A stretch of 61,774 nt of DNA, counting the filler. It is 6 parts of 6 records of this genome, joined end to end, with 100 filler letters (N's around TTAATTAATTAA, not from the genome) between each part and the next. Parts side by side here need not be neighbours in the genome. Positions count along the whole stretch, not along the records: positions 54,517 to 61,774 come from SRR31147125_3353; 5 more parts are not named here. One strand, given 5' to 3'. A program made the translations under genes and the position numbers. The number at the start of each line of letters is the position of its first letter. Position 1 is the stretch's first letter. Under the pieces are notes generated by a model that saw nothing but the letters and a program-made list of their open reading frames with translations, did no database searches and was not told the DNA's origin. Shown in pieces: positions 54,703 through 61,774 of the stretch.

Positions 54703-56322
54703 TCACGGCTCAATATTTATTTCGACATATTCGATCGATATTTCCTGTGCACTTTTGTTTTTGAATTGAATTGTCTGAGAATTGGGAAATGTTTTGTTTT
54801 TTTTGACGACATACTCGTACAATACATTCTCGTCACGAGTATAACCATTCGGTACAGGCGAACCATCAGCCCCGGAAACAGCGTATGAGATAGTCTCGCC
54901 CCTGAAAGTGCAGGGACGGGAGTTGAGCGTTAAATCAAGTTTGGCAATTTCTTCTTTTTTATCTTTTTTTATGCCTATAACGATGTTGACGTTTCTGCCT
55001 TTTGGAATAAAACCTGTATCAACTTCCAGTGTTCGCTTTCCGGAAGGTCGAATCTTTATAGGAAGCGGTTTGTATCTGTCATATCCTTTGGGAACCATAT
55101 CCTGGTAAGAGACAATATGCTTTCTCGTACCCGCAAGAGCGGTTTGCAGCGAACCGCAGGTGTTATGGACTTCTCTGTTCCGTCTATTCTGAACGGCAGG
55201 ATCGCCGTAATAGTTGAACACGTAAAATTTGTCCGCACCTGCCGAAAAATACTGAACAGCCAGCGCTCTTGCTCCGTCTGCACCGAGTACTGCATAATCA
55301 TTGTAACGACTGTCATTGTTGAGCGTTTCGATGCCCGCCCAGATTTCCACTCCGTCACAGCGTTTCACCCAGTCGGCTATTGGCATGGCGCTGTCGCAGG
55401 TTTCCCAGCGTGGAGTTACTGTAATGACATCAACCAGTTTTTCTTTTGTCCATGTCAACGCATCAAAGCCGAAAACAAGATTTTGATCGAGATCACGCAT
55501 CAGCCTGACGGCGATTTTAATATCGTGTCCCCATTTTTCTTCTGCTTTTTCTACGATCTTATTGAATTTTCGCATAAAGTCATTCATTATTTTAACTTTG
55601 TCAGGACAGTTTGGATAATCAAAACAATAAATTTCCCGCATAAAATCAAGTTCGACGCCATAGACGTCGTACCGTAGCAGTTGCTCCTGCAAATATACGT
55701 GCATTCGTTCTCTTATTTCCTTAACAGAGTAATCAAAGCAGTAACGATAATATCCATATTCTTTGCCAATGGTCCAACCATTTGTAACAGCTTCGTAGAA
55801 CAGATGACCTCGCAGGAGGGAAGTTGTTTTATCAGGATCATGGCAGTCGTTCATACGGACCGAAATCCATGGATTGATACCGACCTCACGGCATCTGTCG
55901 AACCATTTTGCAAAGATATCAATGCCTCTGTTTTCATACAGATCATATAGCCCGTGATAAAATTCCGTATAATCAACCGCAACGCCGTTCTCAATTTTTT
56001 GCACATTTTTTTCCATGCGTGTTGTCATAATTTCTGTAGGAGTATCAGATGTTTGGGCAAAGACATTAAACATAATGTCGGTAATCTGTGTGTTTGTGTA
56101 TTGATCAACATATTCATTTATATCGCTATCTGTTATTCTTTCTTTTTCTGACAGACGATTAAAAAATCCCCACCAATGAGAATCGTCGGCATTGAGTACA
56201 AGCCCGCCTGCTTTACCGCTCACAGCTTTATTTTTGCTTTCACACCCGACAATCAATGATAATAGCATTATGCCGATAATCATCACCCTTGACAATGTTT
56301 TTAGATTTTTCCTGTGTAACAT
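54703..56322 (-). CDS. Lipoprotein, TIM-barrel glycoside hydrolase-like (GHL10/DUF187-like)
   Basis: Lipobox LIVGC; SVRMND.H, FDYSVKEIR, YDVYGVELDFMR, GADKFYVFNY. Confidence 0.65.
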   Translation of the reverse strand: MLHRKNLKTLSRVMIIGIMLLSLIVGCESKNKAVSGKAGGLVLNADDSHWWGFFNRLSEKERITDSDINEYVDQYTNTQITDIMFNVFAQTSDTPTEIMTTRMEKNVQKIENGVAVDYTEFYHGLYDLYENRGIDIFAKWFDRCREVGINPWISVRMNDCHDPDKTTSLLRGHLFYEAVTNGWTIGKEYGYYRYCFDYSVKEIRERMHVYLQEQLLRYDVYGVELDFMREIYCFDYPNCPDKVKIMNDFMRKFNKIVEKAEEKWGHDIKIAVRLMRDLDQNLVFGFDALTWTKEKLVDVITVTPRWETCDSAMPIADWVKRCDGVEIWAGIETLNNDSRYNDYAVLGADGARALAVQYFSAGADKFYVFNYYGDPAVQNRRNREVHNTCGSLQTALAGTRKHIVSYQDMVPKGYDRYKPLPIKIRPSGKRTLEVDTGFIPKGRNVNIVIGIKKDKKEEIAKLDLTLNSRPCTFRGETISYAVSGADGSPVPNGYTRDENVLYEYVVKKNKTFPNSQTIQFKNKSAQEISIEYVEINIEP

Positions 56323-56601
56323 TTCCTCTGTCCTTTTTTGCTTATTTTCAAATTATCAGATAGGTACTGTTTATCTCATTACTGCATGACCGCCATTACG
56401 ATAGTCACTCATTTTACGTTCCTATTCTTTTTATATATAGTAGAAAATAATAAATTTACAATCCAACTGCAAGTCCTGGACTGAAATTCCATAGTTTTAG
56501 AATAGCGAACTGGAACAATAAAAAAGGAATTCTAATTTGCAGAACGAATCACTTTGGTAAATATCTGTTTACAGCCGGGTGTATAGTATATAAGGTTGGT
56601 T

Positions 56602-56684
56602 CCCCACCATTGCTCGCAAGGGATTTACCTGGAAAAAAGTATGTGGGGCTAGATCCCTTGTGAGCGAAGTTGTTCCCAGGTAAA
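56602..56684. other. Intergenic element with three interleaved inverted repeats (pseudoknot-like)
   Basis: CCCCAC/GTGGGG, GCTCGCAAGGGAT/ATCCCTTGTGAGC, TTTACCTGG/CCAGGTAAA in order 1-2-3-1'-2'-3'. Confidence 0.4.
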
Positions 56685-56758
56685 CCTCATTTGGGACGGA
56701 AGTTCCGGTCCATCCAAGACCCGGGACGCGCAGAGGCCGTTATAGTGACAGCCGTGCA

Positions 56759-56817
56759 ACCTAACAAGTGGCTTTAGCCACTTGCTACTTTTAGCGCACC
56801 AGGCATTCTCAATCCAT
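56759..56817. repeat. REP-like repeat, copy 2
   Basis: Direct repeat of 54517-54575 with 6 mismatches, none inside the palindrome. Confidence 0.8.
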
Positions 56818-56852
56818 ATCAGCAAATGAATACGGGCCACTCCCCATATATC

Positions 56853-56883
56853 GTCCGCCATGGCTTTAGAATCCATGGCGGAC
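56853..56883 (-). terminator. Hairpin directly downstream of the FG-GAP gene
   Basis: GTCCGCCATGG / CCATGGCGGAC 11-bp stem, 9-nt loop, 8 bp from the stop codon. Confidence 0.5.
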
Positions 56884-56891
56884 AATTTTCT

Positions 56892-58682
56892 TTATTTGAT
56901 CAGCGTCATCTTTTGTATTTTAATATACTCTCCTGCTACAATCCGATAGATATACATACCGCTGAGAACAGAAATACCGGCACTGTTTTTCCCATCCCAT
57001 TTCACTTCCTGAAATCCTGCGGTTTGCTGTTCGTTCACCAGTTTTCGCACGTGCTGCCCTAGCATATTATAGATATTCAGACTGACAAAAGTATCCGTTG
57101 GCAGCGCATATCGAATGGTTGTTGTTGGATTAAAAGGATTGGGATAGTTTTGATACAGGTTGAATTCCGTGGGAACACTCTTATCTACCACAAGCGGATC
57201 AGCATTCTTATCCTTCTGCAAAGGTAAAACCATGGTGGGCAATCCAAAGGGGGAACCGGTCACAACTGCCAGAAATTGTCCGCCCGGCTCCACAGTAAAA
57301 CCGGGCTGAAGGGATATGACGTTTCCGGCAGTAAACGTGACATCTCCGCCAGTACTCCCATCTCCTTCGATTCTGAAAAAATGGTCTGATCCGGCAGCAG
57401 TGATAGAGTTTTCAGCACACCAGCTTTCAACCTGGTCAATTTCAACCACCACGTCTGAAAGGACCAGATCCATTGGACAGGCTTCATCATAAATATAAGC
57501 TGAACCGGCATCTAATCCGGCATCATCATCCAGGGGTGCTCCAACCAGATAAGAATTCCCGGATAATGCCACTGCATGTCCATAGGCATCATGTGGACTG
57601 CCATCACTGGCAGTGAGCTTGGGTTTTTCTATCCAGCCTGCTGCGGTGCGCTTAAAGATATAAGCAGAACCGGAACCTGATCCTGATCCCTCGATCTGAG
57701 GCGCTCCTACAATAACCTTATCACCGTCTATTCCAACGGATTTTCCGAAATTGTCGAACGGGGCCCCGTCACTAGGTTTGATTTTGGCTACCTGTATCCA
57801 TTCTCTTCTGGATTGTCGTCTAAATATATAGACCGAACCGGCATTCTCGCCATTATCATCATCTCCATATGCGCCTACAACTACATACTCCTCTGAAATG
57901 GCGACAGACATGCCAAAGTAATCCATGGCCGCTCCATCACTGGCAGTGAGTTTGGCCAATTGAGGTATTCCTTCCTCTCCATCAAAACCAAATATATAAA
58001 CAGAACCGGAATTAGTTCCATTATCATCATCTGTTGGAGCGCCAACAATGTATAATGGCATTCCGCCACCATCGTCCTCCTCAACCACATCAACGCAATA
58101 ACCAAAACCATCTGAATCAGCTCCATCATCGGCTCTGTGGAAATAATGACTTATCCAATCACTCGCTCTCCTGCGAAACAAATATACCTTCCCTTCCTCC
58201 CCAACGGCCAGGTCGCCATCGCCGACAACCGCCCAACCATCTGTTAAGGCTACTGACCATCCAAATCCACGATTACCATCAGCAGGGAGAAGTAAAAAGT
58301 CCGCTTCCCAGGAAACACCGTTAAACCTGTGAACAAGTGCACGGCCCACATCCCCTGTAATGGCCATCTCGCCGGCGATATCCACTGCAGCACTGGAATT
58401 GAGACCAAGGTCAAGATGGGCGGATTCCAGCCAATCTGTTCCATGTCGTTTATAAATATAGGCACCTCCCACAGGACCAGCGTCACCAAGATGATTATCA
58501 AATGGTACCCCAATAATGGCATAATCACCATCAATAGAAACCGAATGACCAAATTCAGCCTCTTCGATTAAAAAACTTCCCTGCAGTTTGGATTCAGTCA
58601 AAACAGCAAAGGCTACCTGTGCTCCACACACCCACAGAAAAAAACAGGCATATAATGTATTTGTTTTCTTATAACCTTTCAT
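56892..58682 (-). CDS. Secreted FG-GAP-repeat beta-propeller protein with C-terminal FlgD-Ig/T9SS-type sorting domain
   Basis: Signal peptide; repeats KLTASDG...D.FG.SVA....VVGA..DD.....GSVYIF; AGNVISLQPGF module; QNYPNPFNP...KMTLIK C-terminus. Confidence 0.85.
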   Translation of the reverse strand: MKGYKKTNTLYACFFLWVCGAQVAFAVLTESKLQGSFLIEEAEFGHSVSIDGDYAIIGVPFDNHLGDAGPVGGAYIYKRHGTDWLESAHLDLGLNSSAAVDIAGEMAITGDVGRALVHRFNGVSWEADFLLLPADGNRGFGWSVALTDGWAVVGDGDLAVGEEGKVYLFRRRASDWISHYFHRADDGADSDGFGYCVDVVEEDDGGGMPLYIVGAPTDDDNGTNSGSVYIFGFDGEEGIPQLAKLTASDGAAMDYFGMSVAISEEYVVVGAYGDDDNGENAGSVYIFRRQSRREWIQVAKIKPSDGAPFDNFGKSVGIDGDKVIVGAPQIEGSGSGSGSAYIFKRTAAGWIEKPKLTASDGSPHDAYGHAVALSGNSYLVGAPLDDDAGLDAGSAYIYDEACPMDLVLSDVVVEIDQVESWCAENSITAAGSDHFFRIEGDGSTGGDVTFTAGNVISLQPGFTVEPGGQFLAVVTGSPFGLPTMVLPLQKDKNADPLVVDKSVPTEFNLYQNYPNPFNPTTTIRYALPTDTFVSLNIYNMLGQHVRKLVNEQQTAGFQEVKWDGKNSAGISVLSGMYIYRIVAGEYIKIQKMTLIK

Positions 58683-58745
58683 GAGAATCTCCTTTCAGTG
58701 AAACGAGAAAAATCCAATATTGCATTTCTTACAGTTCGTAATAGA

Positions 58746-58779
58746 GGCTATTAGTTTTTTATCGTTCGTACTAATAGCC
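58746..58779. terminator. Hairpin between the two secreted-protein genes
   Basis: GGCTATTAGT / ACTAATAGCC 10-bp arms. Confidence 0.45.
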
Positions 58780-58797
58780 CCTGAATTAAGGCAGAAC

Positions 58798-59801
58798 CTA
58801 TTCCAAAAGAGACACTCGTTCCTTTAATAATTTATTTTCTTTCTTTAATTCAATCATATACAGGGTTAGTTCTTCCACCTTTTGCAGCAATTTAACCTGT
58901 ATATCTCCCACATTAACGCCATTTTCCAGAACTTCTTTTTCAGAGGGTATATCCGGCAGGTGCTTGTTTTTTTGAATGTGCTGTTCCACTTTTTCCAGAG
59001 GCATTAACTGGTAATTATCAGCAAATACAAAATCCGCCCAGCCATCCAGGGTTACTTCAACCTCTTTGCAGGTTACTTTTCCGTCCACGGCCAGCCTGGA
59101 TTGAGGATTTATCGTTCCGACACCAACATTACCTTGCTTTATGACAAGACCGACCGTCGCCCACCCAGATGAATAATCCTCTATTTCCAGATATCCATTG
59201 TGATATTCGCCTTCATGATGAATGTAAGCGGAATTACTCCCCGCTTCATTCAAAAGCAGTCCAACAGAGCCTGCATTAGTTGGCGTATTTACTGTGACAT
59301 TTCCGTTCACTTCCAATTTATTCGTTGGATTCGTTGTGCCGATACCAACCTTGCCATTCTTGTCTATTGCCATACCAAAAGATGTTATGCCTGAAGCATA
59401 GTGATCTGAGGTACCAAAGATCAGCTTTGATCCACTACCGTCATGATAAGCTGCAATACGAGCCGTGGGATTGGCAACATCCCTGTAAAGAAAATCAATG
59501 GCTGTATAATACCCGACCTCATAATCACCGCTAAGTGAGAGCATCCCACGTGTGGTACCAGTAAAGTCCGGGATTTGAAGACCTCTTACATGTAATGGTG
59601 TAAGCGGACTTGTTATGCCAGCACCGACACTTCCGGTTGTCCAGGTTTGAGGATTGGAAGCATTATCCTCCCAATTGCCTTGTGCAATAACCAGGTTATT
59701 TACAAAAAATATCGCTGAAATGGCAACCAATAAAGCCAATCCTCTTAATGGCATTCCGCCCTTCATTTGAATTTTTCTGCTGATTTTTTTGATCTTAACA
59801 T
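58798..59801 (-). CDS. Secreted fibre-like protein with G.VGIGT repeats and C-terminal S74-like chaperone/coiled-coil domain
   Basis: Signal peptide; GKVGIGTTNP, GNVGVGTINP; WADFVF..YQLMPL..VE..I..NKHLP.IPS, LLQKVEELTLY. GAGGTG RBS precedes ATG 59801, one base out of frame in an A-run; in-frame ATG at 59766. Confidence 0.8.
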
Positions 59802-59881
59802 GATATCACCTCTCTAATAAATTATTGTTTGGTGAACGGTACATTTTACAATCATTTTATTTTTACGCGCGCTTCAAAAGG

Positions 59882-59913
59882 GTAATAGATTTAGCTGTGA
59901 AAATATTGACAAC
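59882..59913 (-). promoter_or_regulatory. Candidate ECF promoter, copy 1: GTTGTCAATATTT-N11-TCTATTAC
   Basis: Both boxes and the spacing are identical to 60672-60703; points at the fibre gene, 80 bp upstream of ATG 59801. Confidence 0.65.
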
Positions 59914-60117
59914 TTTTTTTATTTTCTATTTTCACAGTACAAAATTGCTTGCTTGACTCTTGTATTAAACCGCTATTACCTCGGAAGGAAATAGACATTG
60001 AAGGAGATTCTGGCAGGATAGTTTGTTGAAAAAGAATAACTTTGAGTGACAAAGTGTTAGAGTTTTTATGTATTTGCCATTTCTAGAGGTAAGATCAACT
60101 TACACCGGATATAATTT

Positions 60118-60723
60118 ATGAAGGATGCACATCAAATCAGTCTGGTACAACGGATACAATCCGGTGATACAACGGCTGAGGAAGAATTGTTTGAGAAATA
60201 TAAGGATCCCATTCGCTGGAAGATCTCCAGGCAAATAATGGCTGATAACGAACAGCGAAAAGATATTGCCAGTGATGTTTATATAGCAATACTGGAAGGA
60301 TTACGGAAAACAAGCTTTCAACCGGAAAAATGGGCTTCTTTGGAAGCGTTTATTTGGGGAATTACCAATAATAAAATTAAAGATTGGTTTAAAAAAAACA
60401 AAGCGGGGATTGAAACAACACCAATTGATTCAACTCCGGATTATGGTGAAGATGATCCTGATGTAATTGGTAATGAGGAACTCTACTCACTTTTAAGATC
60501 GCTTTTAAAAAACTTACCGCCAAAATATAAAAACGTCCTGGATTTGAGGTATTTTGCAGAATTGTCTGTATCAGACATAAGTCAGAAATTAGGTGAGGAA
60601 CCACGCAGAATCAGTGAGCGGATCAATTATGCCTTGAAGCTGATCCGAAAAGAATGTAAAAAAAGAAAAATGTTGTCAATATTTAATGTCATACCTCTAT
60701 TACTATTATGTAGTGTGAATTAG
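60118..60723 (+). CDS. ECF-type RNA polymerase sigma factor
   Basis: Region 2 (GD..AEEELF.KY, DIASDVY, FIWGITNNKIKDWFKK) and region 4 (LPPKY..VL.LRYF.ELS..DIS..LG). Confidence 0.88.
   Translation: MKDAHQISLVQRIQSGDTTAEEELFEKYKDPIRWKISRQIMADNEQRKDIASDVYIAILEGLRKTSFQPEKWASLEAFIWGITNNKIKDWFKKNKAGIETTPIDSTPDYGEDDPDVIGNEELYSLLRSLLKNLPPKYKNVLDLRYFAELSVSDISQKLGEEPRRISERINYALKLIRKECKKRKMLSIFNVIPLLLLCSVN
60672..60703 (+). promoter_or_regulatory. Candidate ECF promoter, copy 2, within the sigma gene 3' end
   Basis: GTTGTCAATATTT-N11-TCTATTAC preceded by an A-tract; points at the anti-sigma gene. Confidence 0.65.
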
Positions 60724-60819
60724 GATTGGATCAAAGGTAAACGGTGTATGCTCAAGCGGCCTTTGAACGGATTATGGGTAGGGAAAAAGCATTTAACGTT
60801 TAAAATTTTCGGTGTCATT

Positions 60820-61497
60820 ATGAATAAAAAGGATCAGAAAAAAATAAATAAAATAGATGATTATTTGTTGGGAAAACTTTCTGCAAAGGAGACTGAAGAG
60901 TTTGAAATATTTCTGTTTGCCAATCCGGAATTGTTGGAAGAGGTAAAAATGAGAGAACAAATGATAAAACTTATCAAAAAAGAAAGAGTAACGCTCGTAT
61001 CAGAATCTCAAGATGCCAGGTTGTCTCCTTCCATCATGGAAACTCTTAAAAACTTTTTTCTACAGCCCCGACCGGGCTGGGTTTATGCCGGTGCTATGGC
61101 CGCTATTTTATTAGTAATCGTTTTTATACCATCGCTTATTAATAATAATATCTCTCCGGCTTTTATGGGTAATGAGTCTATGGAGCCCTATTTAGGGGAA
61201 ACGCACCGGTCGGTAGGGAATTTGAACGTCTCGGTCCAATCACCGGAAATAGGAGAGAAATTTAGCAGAAATATTGTCTTTAAATGGGAGACTCAAAAAG
61301 AAGACCAGACATTTGCTGGAGCATTGGATTTAAAAATTATGAATAATAAAGAAGACATCATGCAAAACCTGCAAGTGAAAGCAAATGATGTTTTAACGAT
61401 AGCCCTGGCACAACCCGGGTTATATTATTGGATCCTTGAATACGAAGGAGAAATGCTCTATTTAGGGAAATTTATTGTATCGGGATCACAAGATTAA
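60820..61497 (+). CDS. Putative single-pass anti-sigma factor (ASD-like N-terminus, TM, extracytoplasmic beta domain)
   Basis: IDDYLLGKLS..E.EEFE..L..NPEL.EEV; TM WVYAGAMAAILLVIVFIPSLI; SP..G...IVFKW...PGLYYW; follows the ECF gene. Confidence 0.7.
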   Translation: MNKKDQKKINKIDDYLLGKLSAKETEEFEIFLFANPELLEEVKMREQMIKLIKKERVTLVSESQDARLSPSIMETLKNFFLQPRPGWVYAGAMAAILLVIVFIPSLINNNISPAFMGNESMEPYLGETHRSVGNLNVSVQSPEIGEKFSRNIVFKWETQKEDQTFAGALDLKIMNNKEDIMQNLQVKANDVLTIALAQPGLYYWILEYEGEMLYLGKFIVSGSQD

Positions 61498-61564
61498 AAG
61501 TAGCTACATTTTAACTCTTTACTCTTACAAAAAATGACCTCGTTTTCCAGGCATTAGAGTGTAT

Positions 61565-61774
61565 TTAACTCCCGATCAACACAAAACTGGCCCATGATTG
61601 CGGCATGGCAGTCGTTTTATTGTTAATCATGAAAAGTTTAGCCCCCTGCAATGCCGCAGAATAACTCTTTCCTGCCAAAATTTGTTTATACAGTTCCACC
61701 ATCATCAGGCTTGTGTGTTCGTCAAGCACACGCCACAGAGAGGCAATTATGTTATTAGCGCCGGAATATAAAAA
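61565..61774 (-). CDS. C-terminal 69 aa of a CHAT-domain (caspase-like, clan CD) protease; absent from the ORF track
   Basis: Manual translation FLYSGANNIIASLWRVLDEHTSLMMVELYKQILAGKSYSAALQGAKLFMINNKTTAMPQSWASFVLIGS* matches the CHAT C-terminal pattern GA..V..SLW.V.D...LM..FY...AL..AKL...P..WA.F.L.G. Confidence 0.85.
   Translation of the reverse strand, partial: FLYSGANNIIASLWRVLDEHTSLMMVELYKQILAGKSYSAALQGAKLFMINNKTTAMPQSWASFVLIGS

Noticed and set aside
54517-56817. Repeats read as integron attC sites (each begins with RYYYAAC) or as CRISPR repeats
   Set aside because: No matching GTTRRRY end or long imperfect attC stem is visible and there is no integrase. Only two copies 2.2 kb apart, with no spacers or cas genes
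56649-56885. 78-aa ORF in the repeat-rich intergenic region
   Set aside because: Runs through the palindromic repeat and hairpins, has no RBS or motif, and is likely spurious

Overview
The window is not one locus. It is six unrelated contigs joined by 100-nt spacers (N-run, TTAATTAATTAA, N-run): 1-8183, 8284-19844, 19945-36739, 36840-46440, 46541-54416 and 54517-61774. Taxonomic labels are impressions from protein style, not search results. Contig 1 (KSB1/Calditrichota-like) has a GH106-like glycosidase, an Aas-like acyl ligase, a FadR/GntR regulator and a TonB-dependent receptor. Contig 2 (AT-rich) has a receiver-domain/APH-like kinase gene and a surface-polysaccharide cluster: WbpP, WbpO/TviB, a CitE-MaoC-acyltransferase module, FnlABC, DegT and a Gfo/Idh/MocA reductase. 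Contig 3 is Bacteroidota housekeeping (punA, lpxK, sppA, folK, upp, radC, pgk, holB, a PAS hybrid kinase, ricT). Contig 4 is Desulfobacterota-like (ftsEX-envC-ctpA-divergent deacetylase, pyrE). Contig 5 is spirochaete-like (AlkD, AlaX, a YtrA-type ABC operon, malic enzyme). Contig 6 holds the best candidate for an uncharacterised system: an ECF sigma factor and a membrane anti-sigma converge on a caspase-like CHAT protease gene missed by the ORF track. An identical bipartite motif, GTTGTCAATATTT-N11-TCTATTAC, lies both inside the 3' end of the sigma gene (upstream of the anti-sigma) and upstream of a divergent pair of secreted-protein genes. Contig 6 also has REP-like direct repeats flanking a glycosidase gene and a pseudoknot-like intergenic element. 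About ten genes are split at homopolymer runs, most likely sequencing indels.
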